This document shows positions 38,106-52,017 of a stretch of DNA of 64,000 nt, one piece after another. The notes beneath the pieces are model-generated. The model saw only the letters and a list, made by a program, of their open reading frames with translations, did not search any database and was not told where the DNA came from. Origin of the DNA: Camelus dromedarius (taxonomy: Eukaryota); contig NC_087437.1 in NCBI RefSeq assembly GCF_036321535.1, positions 30,506,001 through 30,570,000 on the forward strand. Reading direction: 5' to 3'. Positions within the stretch are counted from its first letter, which is position 1, and every line of letters begins with the position of its first letter. The position numbers and the translations under genes are program-made.

Positions 38106-38918
38106 CTCGTGGCAAGGAAAGTAACATGGATCAATGAACACAGAGTAGAGGCACTCTACATGCACACGTTCTCCATGCCCTCACCTGGTGCCATTGTTTT
38201 TCCTATGTGACACTTATGTGATGCAGAAGAGGGAGGCCCACAAAAGCCTCATGTTCATAGGGGGGAGCACAGCCACTCGTGCTGACTAGAAGCCATTGGA
38301 GAGATGTGGCTCCTTTATTAGATGCCTGAGGGTATTGGATGCCTTGTTTGATGATTAGAAAAAAGATGGTTTACATAAACAGTGTGTCCAGCTAAGGACA
38401 CAACGCTCCATTTTCACCCATCCAGTGGCCCACATAAACCACCTCACCATGCGAACACATAGAATTTAGATGACATTTAGGGAGAAAGTGAGAAAGCCTG
38501 AATTTATTTGAGAATATCCCAGAAGTGACTCACCCTGCATTATCCTAGATTAAGTTTCAGCTATAAGTGGAGAGTTCAAAATCGATGTTACATCATTTTG
38601 GGTAAAATTATACCCTCAACCATGGTTTGCAAGTATCATGACTGGTACACGATGATGAGTTAGTAAAATAACTAAGGAGTTAGAGAAAGACATACCTGTC
38701 AGGTGTAGAACATTTTGGATGGGGAAAGTGGAAAAAAATGGGAGAGACATCAGTGCCCAGCCCAGACACACAGGCAGAAAACAGGTGTTCCCGGACTGAG
38801 TAAGTAAGAAGTAGGGAAGAAGGTTTTGACAAAGCAGGAAGTTCTACCTCGTTTCTTCCAATTTTAAATTTACTTGTTTTGCCTCAATGCTTTCTTAGGA
38901 TGAGAATTGGAGCCTGAA

Positions 38919-41525
38919 GGAAGAGTAAAATGATCTGCTTGCAGATGACATGATCGTATAGAGAGAGGACCCTAAAGACTCCACCAAAAAACTGCCAGGA
39001 CTAATAAACAAATCAGTGAGGTTGCAGGATGCAGAGCTGACATATGAAAATCAGTTACGTTTCTATACACCAGCAACAAATTACCTGAGAAAGAAATTAT
39101 GAAAACAGCCCCATTAACAATAGTATCAAAAAGAATAAAATACTTGAAAGAAATTTAACCAAGTAGTGAAGGCTCTGCATGCTGAAATTACAAAGCATCA
39201 ATGAAAGAAAGTGAAGACAGAGATAAATGGAAAGATATCCTGCGTTCATGAGCTGAAATCATTAATACTGTTAAAATGTCCACACTATCCAAAGTGATCT
39301 GCAGAGTTACTGCAAGCCTTATCAAAATTCCAATGGCATTTTTCACAGAAATAGAACAAAAAATCCTAAAATTCCTATGGAACCACAAAAGGCCCAAATA
39401 GCTCAAGCAACAGTGAGAAGGAAGAACCACACTGGAGGCACCACACTTCCTGATTTCAAGTTACATTACAAAGTTATTGAAAAGGTATGGTACCAGCATA
39501 AAAACAGGTACATAGACCAGTGGAAAAGAGGAAAGAGTCCAGAAATAAACCTACACATACATAGTCAACTAATCTTCAACCGGGTGACAAGAATACACAG
39601 CTGGGAATGGACAGACTCTCAGTAGGTGGTGTTGAGAAAACTAGATGACCACATGCAAGAGAATGAAACTGAACCCATATTTTACATCATTCTCAAAAAT
39701 TAACTAAAAAGAGATTAGAGAGTTAAACCTAAGACCTGAAACTGTAAAACACCTAGAAGACAACATAGAGGGCAAGCTCTTTAACATCAGTCTTGATAAT
39801 GATTTCTTGGATTTGACACCAAAAGCATAGGCACCAAAACCAAAAATGAACAAGTGGGACTTCATCAAACTAAAAAGCTTCTGCACAGTAAAGGAAGCCA
39901 TCAACAAAATAAAAAGGCAACCAAAAGAATAGTAGAAAATATTTACAAAGCATGTATCTAAGAAGAGATTAATTTCCAAAATATAAAAGGAACTGTGACA
40001 ACTCAATAACAACAACAACAACAACAAAATAAATAACCCAACTGCAAAATGAGCAAAGAACTTGAATTGACATTTCTCCAAAGAAGACATACAGCTATCC
40101 AACAGGCATGTGAAAAGGAGCTCAGCATCACTAATCATCAGGGAAATGCAAATCAAAACCATAGATAGCCCATCATACCTGCTAGGACGGCTGTTATTGG
40201 GCGGGGGGGGGGGGGGGGAGAAGATAACTATTGGCAAGAATTTGGAGAAAAAGGAACCCTTGTACACTGTTGGTGGGGATGTACATTGGTGCAGCCACTA
40301 TGGAAAACAGTATGGTGGTTCCTAAAAAATTGAAAACATAACATATGGTCCAGCAACCTCATTTCTGGGTATATATCCAAAAGAATTTAAATCAGGGTCT
40401 TGAAGAGATACCTGCGCTCTCATGTTCATTGTAACATTATTTGCAATAGCCAAGATATGGAAGCAACGTAAATATTGAGAAAAATGAATGGATAAAGAAA
40501 ATGTGGTATATACATACAATGGAATGTAACTGAACCTTGAGAAGAGGAAATCCTGCCGTTTGCAACAACAGGAGTGAACTGGAGGATATTATACTAAGCG
40601 AAATAAGTCAGACATAGAAGGACAAATACTACATGATAATACTTATACATGGAATATAAAATAGTCAGACTTACAGAAGCAGAGAGAATAATGGTGGTTG
40701 CCAGAGGCTGGGGGGAAGGGGGAAATGGGGAGGTGAGGGTGAAACAGTACAAAGTTTCAGTTGTTTGAGATCAGTTTTGGAGATCTACTATACAGCATAG
40801 TGCCTACAGCTAATAATACTGCAGTGTATTACATATAAGAATCTAAAAATCTAAAAAATAATACGTAAAATAATCTAAAATGAAAACTATCACATGATAT
40901 CACTCATGTGTGGAATTTTAAAAAAAGGAAAAGAGGACACTATGAACTCATCTACAAAACAGAAACAGATTTGCAAACATAGTAAGCAATCTTATGGTTA
41001 CCAGGGGAAAGAGGGTGGGAAGGGATAAATTTAGGAGTCTGAGATTTGCAAATGATAACCACTATATATAAAAATAGATTAAAAACAAATTTTTTTTCTG
41101 TATAGCACAGGGAACTATATTCAATATCTTGTAATAACCTTTAGTGAAAAAGAATATGAAAACGAGTATATGTACATACATACATGTAGTATACGCATGG
41201 CTGGGACATTGTGCTGTACACCTGAAATCCACACATTGTAACTGACTGGACTTCAACAAAAATAAATAAATAAATTCTTTAAAAAAAGGTAGATTTTGTG
41301 TTGTGCTCTTACAATAACAGCAACAACAATAATCATAATAAAACAAAGGGAATGGGAGGAAGCTTTGGAAGGTGATGGGCATGCCTGTGGCCTTGGTGGT
41401 GGTGATGGCTTCACTAGTATATCCTTATCCCCAAACTCATTGAGTTGTATACACTAAATATGCACAACTTTTTACATGTCAGTCATACCCCAATAAAGTG
41501 GTTTTAAAAACAAAGTTAAAGAAAA
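38919..41525 (+). mobile_element. 5'-truncated older L1 (RT motif C through 3'UTR)
   Basis: 'ttgcagatgacatgatcgtata' (LADDMIV), [25 protein letters not shown]; 16-bp TSD agaattggagcctgaa (38903-38918) / agaattggggcctgaa (41526-41541). Confidence 0.92.
40888..41288 (+). mobile_element. Younger L1 3' end nested in the older L1 3'UTR
   Basis: 'tatagcacagggaactatattcaatatcttgtaataacc...gtacacctgaaatccacacattgtaactgac' plus A-rich tail. Confidence 0.8.
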
Positions 41526-41859
41526 AGAATTGGGGCCTGAAATAGGTCAGAATTGAGAAGAAATTGCCCTATAACTAATTAAAGCACTGCTTCCACTGCA
41601 CCCCGTCAGCCCATGGTTACCAGAATCACTTTCTAACCCAAGTCCCACTCTTCTTTCTAACACAATTTCATAAAATCCTCATTAGATACGTTATCCTTGT
41701 CAGATAAAGCGCAAACTGCTTAGCATTGTGTACTGTTCCCAACTTCCTTTTTATCTTCATGTTTTCCAAAGAACCATGCTCCAGTTATGTTGAAAAACCT
41801 ATAGTTCTCTGTCACACTCTTTTTCTTCATTCTTCCACTACTCGAATTTAATGAACACA

Positions 41860-42022
41860 AGCATGACCACCCCCTCAGCACTAGTACCACTAGCACCATC
41901 GCTGTAAGCTCTACTGTCACCTTTAAATTCATCAGCACAGTCATCATCACCACTGCCAACATCACCACCTCCACCGCCACCACCGCCACCAGGACCACTT
42001 CCCCTGCCAACGCCAGCACCCA
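41860..42022. repeat. (CAC/CCA/CAT)n degenerate triplet tract
   Basis: Direct read; explains the Gly/Val-rich ORFs. Confidence 0.8.
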
Positions 42023-42773
42023 TCTGGCAAAGACCCTCGTCAGCTTTTCAGACTTGGGTTTTAACTGTTAGCTCCTCTATGAATCTACTGTTTCATCCTC
42101 TGTGTCATCAATGAACCCTATTCAGTAGCCGTCCCTAAAATGTGATCCCAGAAGCATTTTCCTCTCGATATTAATACATGCGCCACAGAATTACTTTTAT
42201 TAATACCTGCTTCCATGTGGCTTGAATTAGGCTTTGAATATTAATATTATTAAAATATAATGTTTTAGACGGTATAAATAACAGAAAATATGATTTTTAT
42301 GCCTTTGACAAAATAATTATGAAAAATTATGACGAATTTACTATCTTTAAGTAATAATTTTGACCTATGTTTTTTGAAAGTCTGTGTTAGAATCATTTAC
42401 TTCTATGTAAAATGGGTCTTTCCTCTATTTTATGTGCTAATATTTAGACTACATCATTGTTTAACGAGATTATTCATACACACACACACACTTAAATATA
42501 TGTGTGTATATATACATATAGCTTCCTTAAACAAAGATGTAGTCACATATATACAATGCTGTGTGGCGTGCTTTTTAAGATTTAACTATGTTTAAAGATG
42601 TTTTTGTCTAGTCTTCATGGCTAGAAGTGAAAAACCAAAAGCAACGTGTGGGTGGATGGTTGTGTGGCATGGCACTCGCAACTCAATGCCAAGGAAAAAA
42701 GTTGCAAAAACAATGGGATAAATTTTCTAGTTTTTAAAGTTGTATGCAACTTAAGTGTTGAAAAATTTATTTT

Positions 42774-43400
42774 TTCATCCATTCATGCAAGTAATATTTG
42801 CACAGTGCCTCTTACATGACAGGCGCTCTGCTGGGCACTGAGAACCAATGGTAAACAAGACCGACACGGTCTTTATCCTAAGTGTAGATTCCTTTCTATT
42901 AGGGCAAATGGATTTTTTTTTTAAGGGAACATGAAATAATTACAATGTGTGTTGAGGGCTGTGAAGAAAAGAGGAGAAAGATAATTCAGGAAGGCCTGTC
43001 TGCCATGTGAAAGATGAGAAGGAGATTAGCTAGGCAAAAAGCTGAGGTTAAGGGCATTGTAGGCAAAGGGTATAGTATATACAAAGGCCCTGAGGCAGAG
43101 GAGGATTTAGCATGTTTGAAGAATTGAGAAACCAAAACTGAAAAACCAGAACTAAGAAGATGATAAGGCTCAAAAGTCTAGGCATGTCCTGGATCTGGCA
43201 GAAGAGTATAAGCCATGGTTGAGGGTGTGGGTTTGATTATATGGCCACAGAATTAATAGGTTTTAAGCAGGTGGAACATGACCTGGTTTATATTTTCAGA
43301 TATCTTAGCCTCTGTGAGGAGATGGTTCCTGAGAGGGGAAAGAGTGAAGCAGGGATTGCAATCAGGTGGCCCAGACAAGAGATGGTGGAGGCCTGGCCCA
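42774..43400 (-). mobile_element. L2 3' region
   Basis: 'ttcatccattcatgcaagtaatatttg...ctgggcactgag...gtaaacaagaccgacacggtc', 'caaaggccctgaggcagag', 'ggttttaagcagg'. Confidence 0.75.
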
Positions 43401-44199
43401 CGTGGTGCCCACACGGAGACAGAGGGGCTGGTTAGGAACTTCTCTGACTTGTGATTAACCCTCAGAACCGTCCTGCAAGGGAAGCACTGATATCAGCTCA
43501 GATGACTGACTTATGTGGAGTCACAGAGTCCACTCATGGCCGACGCCAGACCAAATCCCACAACTGTCTAATTCCCAAGCCCAGCTTTTTCTGCTGCACT
43601 GCTTGCCTTTGGAGGAGCCCCTGTGCCACTCCAAGTTTCCCGCTCCTGATTAGAGGCTGAGATACCACCGTCACCTCCAGTAAGAGGATATTCTTCCCTT
43701 TTTTTTCTTTCTTAAAACACAGGTTCCCATCCTAGGGTAGCTGTGACCATTCAGCTGGTAGATAATGATCAGAAAAACACCCCCAGATTTCCCCCAGGAA
43801 GTGTGATGCCCGCCCTCTCTGCCCCTCCCCTCAGCCAGCCCCAGAGGGTTAGCAGAGACCTGATAATCTGTCTCAGGGTTTACTCGCCCCTGTCTGGGTC
43901 TGATAATGACGACTGAGGTCCGTGGATTACAAGAGCTCACAGTCAGTACACTGAGCCTTAAACAGCCCCAGAAGATTCTTTTTTCAATCGCCAGTTGATA
44001 AAAATAAAAGTTTCATGCTCAGTCACCTCTAAAACCTGTCACTGGGAATAAAGATTATCACTGTAACAGGCTTACTTTATGATTGTGAGAAATACACTAA
44101 CATTTGGTCTTTTAAAAGCCTGCTTCCCTTTCATTGTGCTGCTAAGTGAGTCAGAAATACTGGCCCTCTAGGGCCTCCTTCCCAAAAATTTCTTGGGTT

Positions 44200-44522
44200 T
44201 AAGGCTAGGTCTGCTCCATCAGGCTGGGTGCTTAAACAGCAGACATTTTTTCTCACAGTTCTGGAGGCTGGGAAGTCCAAGATCAAGGCGCCAGTCAATT
44301 CTGCTCCTGGTGAGAGCCTTCTCCTGGCTTTCAGATAGCCACCTCCTTATGTCTCACTTTTCTTCTTATAAAGCCACTAACCCCATCATAAGGACTCCAC
44401 TCTCATGACCTCATCTAACTCTAATTACTTCCCAAATGCTCCATCTTCAAATACCACCGGACTGGGGGGTGAGAGCTTCAACCTATGAATTTTGCAGGGA
44501 GATACAGTTCAGTCCATAACAC
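44200..44522 (-). mobile_element. MaLR solo LTR (MLT1A-like)
   Basis: 'ttctcacagttctggaggctgggaagtccaagatcaagg...ctctcatgacctcatctaactctaattacttccca...cagttcagtccataaca'. Confidence 0.82.
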
Positions 44523-44788
44523 CAGGTGATGCTACAAATTTGGAGAGCTTCAAATCTTCCCTTTCTCAATTTATACTTCCCATGATTCTTGTTTGTTTCC
44601 ACATTTCCAATACCCAGGATGACTTTCAGTGTAAGTGAGGCCCTGCTAGGCATATTTAGTTAGGCTTTGGTAAGAGACAGGATTTCATAACTTCTCAAAT
44701 CAGGGACCACCATCAATTCAGAGATAAAATGTCACAGTTGACCTACTAAGTTCTGTGGCTCTCAGTGTGGCCCCCAGACCAGCAGCAC

Positions 44789-45975
44789 TGTGATGGGCTG
44801 AGCGTTTGTGTCCTTCCAAAACTCATGTGTTGCTTTGCTGTGACCAGAATGCTGGTAGAAATATGGATGGTAAAGGCCAATCTGGTGTCAGACAGAAATG
44901 AGGAAAAGATTATTGGGAAATGGACAAAAGGTGATCTTTGAGATAAAGAGTCTCAACTGTTCTCTAATGCTTTGTGGAAGACAGAACTTGTGAATGATGG
45001 AGTTGGATGTTTAGCTGAGGAAATGTCTAAGCACAGTGTTGAAGGGGTGGCCTGGTTCCTCTTGACTGACTTTAGTGAAATGTGAGGGGAGAGGTGAACT
45101 GAGGAAGGAATTGTTAAGCAAAAAGGAACCAGAACTTGAAGATTCTGAAAATCTGCAGCCTATCCATGCAGCAAAAAATGAGAACGCTTGTTCTAAAAAG
45201 AGCACTGAACAATCACTTGATAAAGAGATCATGTTGCAACCCATGGACTTATCGGTGACCTCTGCAGAGGTCAGGAATAGGGATAGGATTATACCAGCAG
45301 AAATGCTGCCAGCTGGGACTAAAAGAGGGGTAGGAAAAAATGGGACAGAAAGAAGACGGTCAGACTTTAGGGATTCTATGGAACTGGACAATAGGAATAG
45401 AGCTATCCAACTGCAAACATGCTTTATTCTTCAAGAAAAAGAAAGAATGACTATGAAGGTAATTCAGAGATCATCAGACTACCATCCCCACCGTAGGCCC
45501 AAGGTCAGGGCTGTTTCTCCCTTGGTTTTAAAGGGTGGGGCACTCTCAGAGAACTGTGGGGGTGGTGCCCTGTGAAGCCAAATGGGTTATCTCCCCAATG
45601 AGCCATGGGGGTGGCAATGCCACCCCAGTGGGCCTAGAAGACAGAGCACCAAACCAAAGAGGGTATTTTCGAGCCTTAAGATCTCATGGACAGCCTTGCT
45701 AGGTTTTGGGCTGGCCTGGGACACACCATACCTCTCTTCCTTGCAGTCTCTCCCTTTGGATGGAAACATCTGTCCCAGGCCTGCCCCACCACTGTATTTT
45801 GGAAGTGCAGAGCCTCTCTGGCTTCACAGACTCACCGTTGTGGAGGAATTTTGCCTCAAGTTGAATCATCTGTCAAGTCTCACCTGATTTAGACGACATT
45901 TAAACAAGACTATGAGCCTTAGACTTTAGAGTTGATGCTGGAATGAGTTCAGACATTTGGGGGCAATTGAGATGT
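44789..45975 (+). mobile_element. MaLR LTR start plus MaLR internal sequence (MLT1/MST-int-like)
   Basis: 'tgtgatgggctgagcg...', 'gatggtaaaggccaatctg...gaaatgaggaaaagattattgggaaatgg', 'tttagctgaggaaatgtctaagca', 'gttgatgctggaatgagtt'; contains the 166-aa ORF at 45075. Confidence 0.75.
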
Positions 45976-47119
45976 TATTTCCCTAAACTGAAGATACTAT
46001 CATAATTGATTCCTTCACAGAAAGAAAAAATACATACCTTCTAGATCCCCTTTTTGGGGACGAGAGAAAGCTCAAGGAACTCTGGTTGTTCAAGATTCTA
46101 CCTAAGTGCGGGCCCTGACATTGGCTTTCATCAATTTCCTTGCTCCTAGCCCGCACAGGGGAGGGGTGACAGGTGGGACTGATGCAAGTCAGAGCTGAAC
46201 ACAGGGAGCCACGACGGTGGTCACTCAGCAGTTAAACTTCCACGGTAAAAAAAGAAAAAAGTTGTATACATATTTCATAGTTTCCAAGCATCCTCAAATA
46301 GCTAAAAAATCTCCCTGAATCCAGCATTTTACTCAGTTTTTATTTCTTGGGAGAGCACATTTGGTCTCCTAGAAAAGACAAGTGAGAAATTGGCCAGTGG
46401 CTTCAAAGAAATCTGCTTTCTAAAGAAGGGGATGTGTTTCATCAGATTCCTCTCTTTTCCTTCAGAAGTGGCACTTTGCTAGATTCAGGGCATTCCACCC
46501 TAATGAGGGTCTACGTAGGGAAGTCCCAACCCAGAAAGTTTCACCGCACAGCCTAAAACCACAGAGTTTGTCTGGCCAGCCAACTGAAGGAAGTCTAGTT
46601 AATGAGACAGGTTGACCACTAGCTAAAAGAGAGACTAGATAGCTCTGTGGCAGGACCCAGGAAAGAGACAGCATGCTTGTTTCCCCCTGAATTGGAAGGG
46701 CAGTGCCTGGCTATTAGAAAAACAAGCACATCCCTGGCACTAGGAATGTAGCTGTTGCCATGGCACCCATCTAGTCAAAGCTTCAGACACTGTGGAGACT
46801 CCACAGAGACCAGGTTCTTGGAGCTGACAGCAACAGTAAGATGCAGCTGCTAATTATGTATTAAAGCAACAGGAAAACCCCCTCTGACATGCTGCAGATG
46901 GTGTCATGTCTGAGGTAAACCTTGGCAAGAACAGAGAGGCCATTGATAAATTCTGTGTTTGCCCTTTAAAAAAGCACAATGCTGGGTCATGTCTGGGGCA
47001 ACCAAATCCAATCTATGGAACACTGAGAGTATATACCTCCAATGGCTGTCCCTAGCGTTTACTCTGTGATTCTCCCTTTTTGAGCAGAATTAGGACACCT
47101 TTTATTTTCATGGTGTGAT

Positions 47120-47290
47120 TCAATGTCCACTTTTGCAATTCCCTCATTTAACAGAGGAGGAAATTCATGTTCAAAGATGTATACTACCTTGTTCAAATCA
47201 CATAGCTAGTAAATGATGGAGCCAGGATTAGAACCCAGGTCTGTCTGATTCCAAACAAAACCCATGTTTTTCCACATCAATCTGCATTGC
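47120..47290 (-). mobile_element. MIR SINE
   Basis: 'catttaacagaggaggaaatt...aatcacatagctagtaaatgatggagccaggattagaacccaggtctgtctgattccaaa'. Confidence 0.8.
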
Positions 47291-49159
47291 TTCCCTAGGC
47301 TAGTGAAAACTACATTATGTCCTATGTAATAAGTAATTAACAAAGAGGTTTGACTGTAACAACAACAACACAAACAAACAAACCCAAAACAAAAACAAAC
47401 CTGAGTATCTTACAGTATACAGAAATTAAATCTGAACACAGGTTCCAAAACTGGCTCAAAAGCGACACAGGGTCAGGACCCTGAGTCAACATCTCTGTGG
47501 TTCTCATGCCTTCTTCACATGATCACAAGATGCTCATTGCAAATGCAGGCATTAGGTCTACATGAGCATGTCCAACATTAGGATCGGTGGACAGCTGTGG
47601 ACGAAGGAGGCAGAAGGTGAAGAATTATTGCAATGGTCTTTCCTTTTCTCAAGGGTAAAATCCTCCCAGTTGACATTTTCTTAAGTTTCACTGGACAACC
47701 ATAGCTGCAAGGGAAGCTGGGAAAGTGAGCATTTGGCTTTTCTCAACTGCTGTAATGGGAAGTAATTAATAGAAGTGCATTGGAATGGCCATTAAGTAGC
47801 CAAATGCAAGTGTCTGCCACGTGTCCTCACAGCCTCCAGGGAAACTTTGCTCAATGGTAGTTCCTTGGTTCAGTGCTCATAATCTTTTTCTAGCATTACT
47901 AAGAGCCTCCTAACTGATGTTCCCTTATCCCTTTAAGTGGAAAGATTTGGCTGAGTCCCAAGTTGTCTCAGTCATACCCTCGAGCCCTTTCCATTACTCA
48001 ACCTAACTAACCATCCATACATAGAAACATAAGTGTTTAAGGAACTGTTGTTTAGATTTTCTATTCTGTGCATAAGAGTGAAATATTTTCAACAAAAATA
48101 CAGCAGAGGAACCCACTGTCTTTCTCTCCCCACCATTGCTGGACCACCATTCTCAGCATGACTCAGGGTCATTTCTTCCCGACTCTCCACAGGATCTCCA
48201 TCCCAGGTGCACTTGAATGTTGTACCTTGTCTGGAGGAAGGAAGATAGACACAGAGACACACCAGAGATGCTAAAAGCAAGAGTAAGTGTGAGACAAAAT
48301 CCTTACAGACTTACAAATTGACAACATGGAAACTTAGAGGCTTCTTTTTTTTCTTTCTTTCTTTTTAATATAATCAGTTGTCTGGTTGCCGCTTTTCAGA
48401 TTTATTGACTTGGAAAATTAAGGCTTTCTTATGGGACATTTTATGCTTGTCACTTGATAAAGTCACTGCCTGTTTGATTCCAAGCCCCAGACTTCTACAA
48501 CTTCATCTTAAAAGCCACAGAACAACATGTGAATTTATTTTTTATCCATAAACCAGGGCTGGAATGATGCATCAATAAGAATGCACAGCAGCACCCCCTA
48601 AGCATTGCAACCCCCAGGAGGAGCCACTCACATTTTATACATAAATGCAGCCCCCTAGAGCTTTGCAGCTGCAGTCCCAACAGGGGCTGTGCTCACAGCA
48701 ATGAGCTGGTCCTTTCTGCTGTTGCCAGAGCACGTGTGTGAAGGTTACACATAGAAATGACTGTCCTGTTCAGAGCTCAGTCTGCTTGTATCCCAAGAAA
48801 GGCAGTTGCTCCTTTCATCTTTGTATAGGATGCATAGCTCTTGTTTTTTAATGACAAAAGGAAAGGCAGCCCTAGTGTTCCAAGCCCTTCTCTCCTCGGG
48901 AGAATAAAGACAAAGGACAGAATAAGAGACAGAAGTTTAGGTGAGGGACAGGGGCAAGCACCAGGAAGAGACTGAGCAGAACTGGGAGGACACACACTAT
49001 TCGCTCCCTGAGGGATAGATGCAGGCTGTTTTTCAATCTGAGAGCAGTCCCACTCGGGGGGCACCTGAGCAGAGTGTGTTGGAACAGAGAAGAGAAATTC
49101 CCGCAGTGGGGAATCAGATTTAGCAGAAGAGAGCAGTCACAGGATGTTTATTGTGCTTC

Positions 49160-49335
49160 TCATTCATTCAACAAAAACGTGTTGTTGGGCACAGCTCTAT
49201 GCCAGGCACTGAGGCGGGGATTCAGGAGGGGAGGCACACATGGTCCTTTCCCCCAGGAAACTTACAGTCCACCTCATACAGAAGACATTTAACAAATGAT
49301 CATACAAACAAATGTGCAATTTGAATTGTGACAAA
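49160..49335 (-). mobile_element. L2 3' end (resumes after 50394)
   Basis: 'tcattcattcaacaaaaacgtgttgttgggcacagctctatgccaggcactg'. Confidence 0.75.
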
Positions 49336-50393
49336 TGTCAGAGTTCGGGACATGCTACCCAAAGTAGGGTACCTTGCCATGTTGAATATTTCAAGCTGAA
49401 GGAATTTGAGAGGCAGCATAAGCAGGAAGGACTTTCTGAGTTTCCCCTGAAGCAGATCATTGAACCCTCATGTGAGAGGGGCCCTCTTGCTGCTAAAAGG
49501 AAAGGAGCATCCTTATCTATCTCCAAAGATGAAGATGAGACAGAAAAAGGGGTGCAGGGCACAGCCATTCAAGAAATAACACAACAGTTAACACCAAGGT
49601 GGTGGAGAATTCAACTCCCAACCGGCCTCGAGGCCCAAGATGGTGGGGGATTTGACTTGTAGTAGACCTTGAGCTTCATTATACGCTCATTGTAATATAT
49701 TAACATGGTGAATGGCACTCCCACAGGCCCCATGACAGTTCCGAGGCTGACCATAAAAGGTCAAAAAGTGGGTGGTGGCCCAGTTCCTGAGAACCCCAGC
49801 TCCTTCCCCAAAGTAATTGGAATAATCCTCCCATTTGTTAGCATATGAAGCTACCAAGCCCATAAAAACTAGTAACATCACCCCTCATGGCCTCTCACTC
49901 CCTCGCCTTCCAAGACAGCCTGCACTCTGTTTATGGACTATGTATCTCTCTGAATAAATCTACATTTACTCAGCTGTGGCTCAACCTTGAATTCTTTCCT
50001 CCACAAAGCCAAGGACCCACACTTGGTGGGCGAGTCCCAGGGACTCAGCCGAGACCTGGAACACAGCCATCCTCTAGCCCCACATTCATTTTCTTGTATC
50101 AAAGAGACAGAGAGAAATTTGAACTAACAAGCCTCGCTAGGCTTCCCCCAACTTACTACACTTAGCTCATCTTTGTCCTATTACACCTCTCCGCGACTTT
50201 CCACTCTCCATCAGACCTAGCATAAAACACTCAGGTCTAAGTGTTTCTTTGGGTCTTCATTTCCTTATGAAGGCTCCTGTGTCACCTTCAATCAATGTAT
50301 ATGCTTTTCCCCTGTTAATCTGTCTTTGTCAGTTACGTTTTCAGACCCAGCCAGGGACCATTAGGGGGTCGAGGGAAATTTTACCTCTCTACA
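49336..50393 (+). mobile_element. ERV1 MER4/MER34-group-like solo LTR, interrupted at 49536-50101
   Basis: tgtcagagttcgggacatgctaccc...gaatatttcaagctgaaggaatttgag...ttttacctctctaca; 4-bp TSD caaa/taaa. Confidence 0.75.
49536..50101 (+). mobile_element. ERV1-class solo LTR nested in the LTR above
   Basis: tgagacag...ctctgaataaatctac...ttcttgtatca; perfect 4-bp TSD aaga (49532-49535, 50102-50105). Confidence 0.8.
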
Positions 50394-51480
50394 TAAACAT
50401 TTCAAAGGAAAAGTACAGGGTAACAGAAGAGTGAACAAGAAAGGAACTTGCCCAGACTGGGCACCATACACCCAGGAAAGCAATATTTAAGCCCATGTAG
50501 GAGGAGTAGGATCCAGCCAAGCAAAGAAGAGATGTGTTGGAGGCAGAGGGAAGAACATGTTGGGAGACCCTGAGTATGAAGAACTTGGCATATCTGAGGA
50601 CAGAAAAGAGGCCGATATGAGCCAGAAGCCTGACACGGGAAAGCCGAGAACTCGGATTGGCTATAATGTACAGAGACTTTTAGAGAAAATCCCCCTTTCA
50701 GGTCCTGAATCCTCCCTTTGCTTGTGGTCACACCTACAGCAAAAGTGTCCCACTTGTCAGCTCATCAAACACTAGGCGGGAAGCCACCTTGCTTTGAGAA
50801 CACTGTTCCCTGCCCTGAACCTTCAGCAGAGTATCGATTTGTGCTCTCAAGTAATTAAGAGGCATTAGCAGAGGGAGCGCCAGGTCAGAGCCCAATGGCT
50901 ATTCAAATCCCTGACATCTGGAGCACTGTGTCAGGTTCCTGGGGCCTCCCTTCAATCACATGTGACAACGGCCAACGCCACCAGCACCAGGTCGGGGGAC
51001 CGGCTTCAGACCAAAGCAGCAGATCCTCTGCAAAAAGCTTGCTCTCCTCCCTCCACCTCCCACTGCCCAAGGCTTCAGATCTCTTTGGTTTCATTTCCTA
51101 GCATTTGAAAAAGGAAGTAATTTCTATAATACGAGGTTTCAGGATTGTGACTGTTTTGTTTACCTGTTACCTGACGCACCAGCAGTCCCTCCCCAGCACA
51201 GAGCAGGAGAGAAGAGCCAGGTGAGTGGAGGGAGGCTGTGACCCAGAGCTCCTCACGGGCACCGGCTCAGCATTCAAGGGGCCAAAAAGAATGTGCCCAC
51301 GCTGACTTCCCCTAAAACGCTAACGTGGAACTAGCCAGAGCACGAAAGCTCTGTGTACCCCAGAGAGAGGCTGCTCCAGAACTCTCCAGAACAGCCTCCA
51401 GAGAAATAGCAAAGTGGAAGGCATAACACTGGTCTTATTTTGTAAAAAGGATAAACAAAAACAAAACAAAACGCCTAAAA

Positions 51481-52017
51481 TGAAAAAGGACTCAATAATA
51501 AGAGACTAAATATTTAAACAGACAGTGGCCAGACAACACTTAGAACTTTCACTCACAACCGGCAGCCACCAGCCCAGGAAATAAACCCATTTTCTGCATT
51601 AGCCGGGCCAGGATGTCAGCCTGCTCCCCAAGTCAGGCTGACAGGACAACTCTAGGAAAATCCAGGAAGCCAATCAATAACCCCTGTAACAATCGGGCCA
51701 AAAAGGCCAAGACTTGATTAGTCACTGATATTTTCCCTAACATTTGTCCCTGCTTCCAGCTCAGGACCAGTTAGAGGAGAGCCTGCCATGCACCCCTAAC
51801 CCATCACAGCGATGCCGCCCGTAGCTCTCTGCCAGCAGCCCTCAGTCAGGCACATCTGAAGCCTTCCCTTTTTCCACTACAAAGCTTCCCACCTGTCTGC
51901 CAGCCTTTGAGTCTCTGATTAAACACAAGTGACAGTGGCTGGCTCCCTTGCTAGAGCAAGTGCTGAATAAACAGCCTTTGCTTGCTCTCATTTGGTCGGT
52001 CTAAATTATCTCCACAC
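51481..52017 (+). mobile_element. Old ERV solo LTR (MER21/MER77-like)
   Basis: TG...CA ends, 'ccctaacccatcacag', 'gctgaataaacagcctttgcttgctctcatttgg...ctccaca'. Confidence 0.6.

Noticed and set aside
45075..45575. 166-aa ORF as a host gene
   Set aside because: Lies within MaLR internal sequence.
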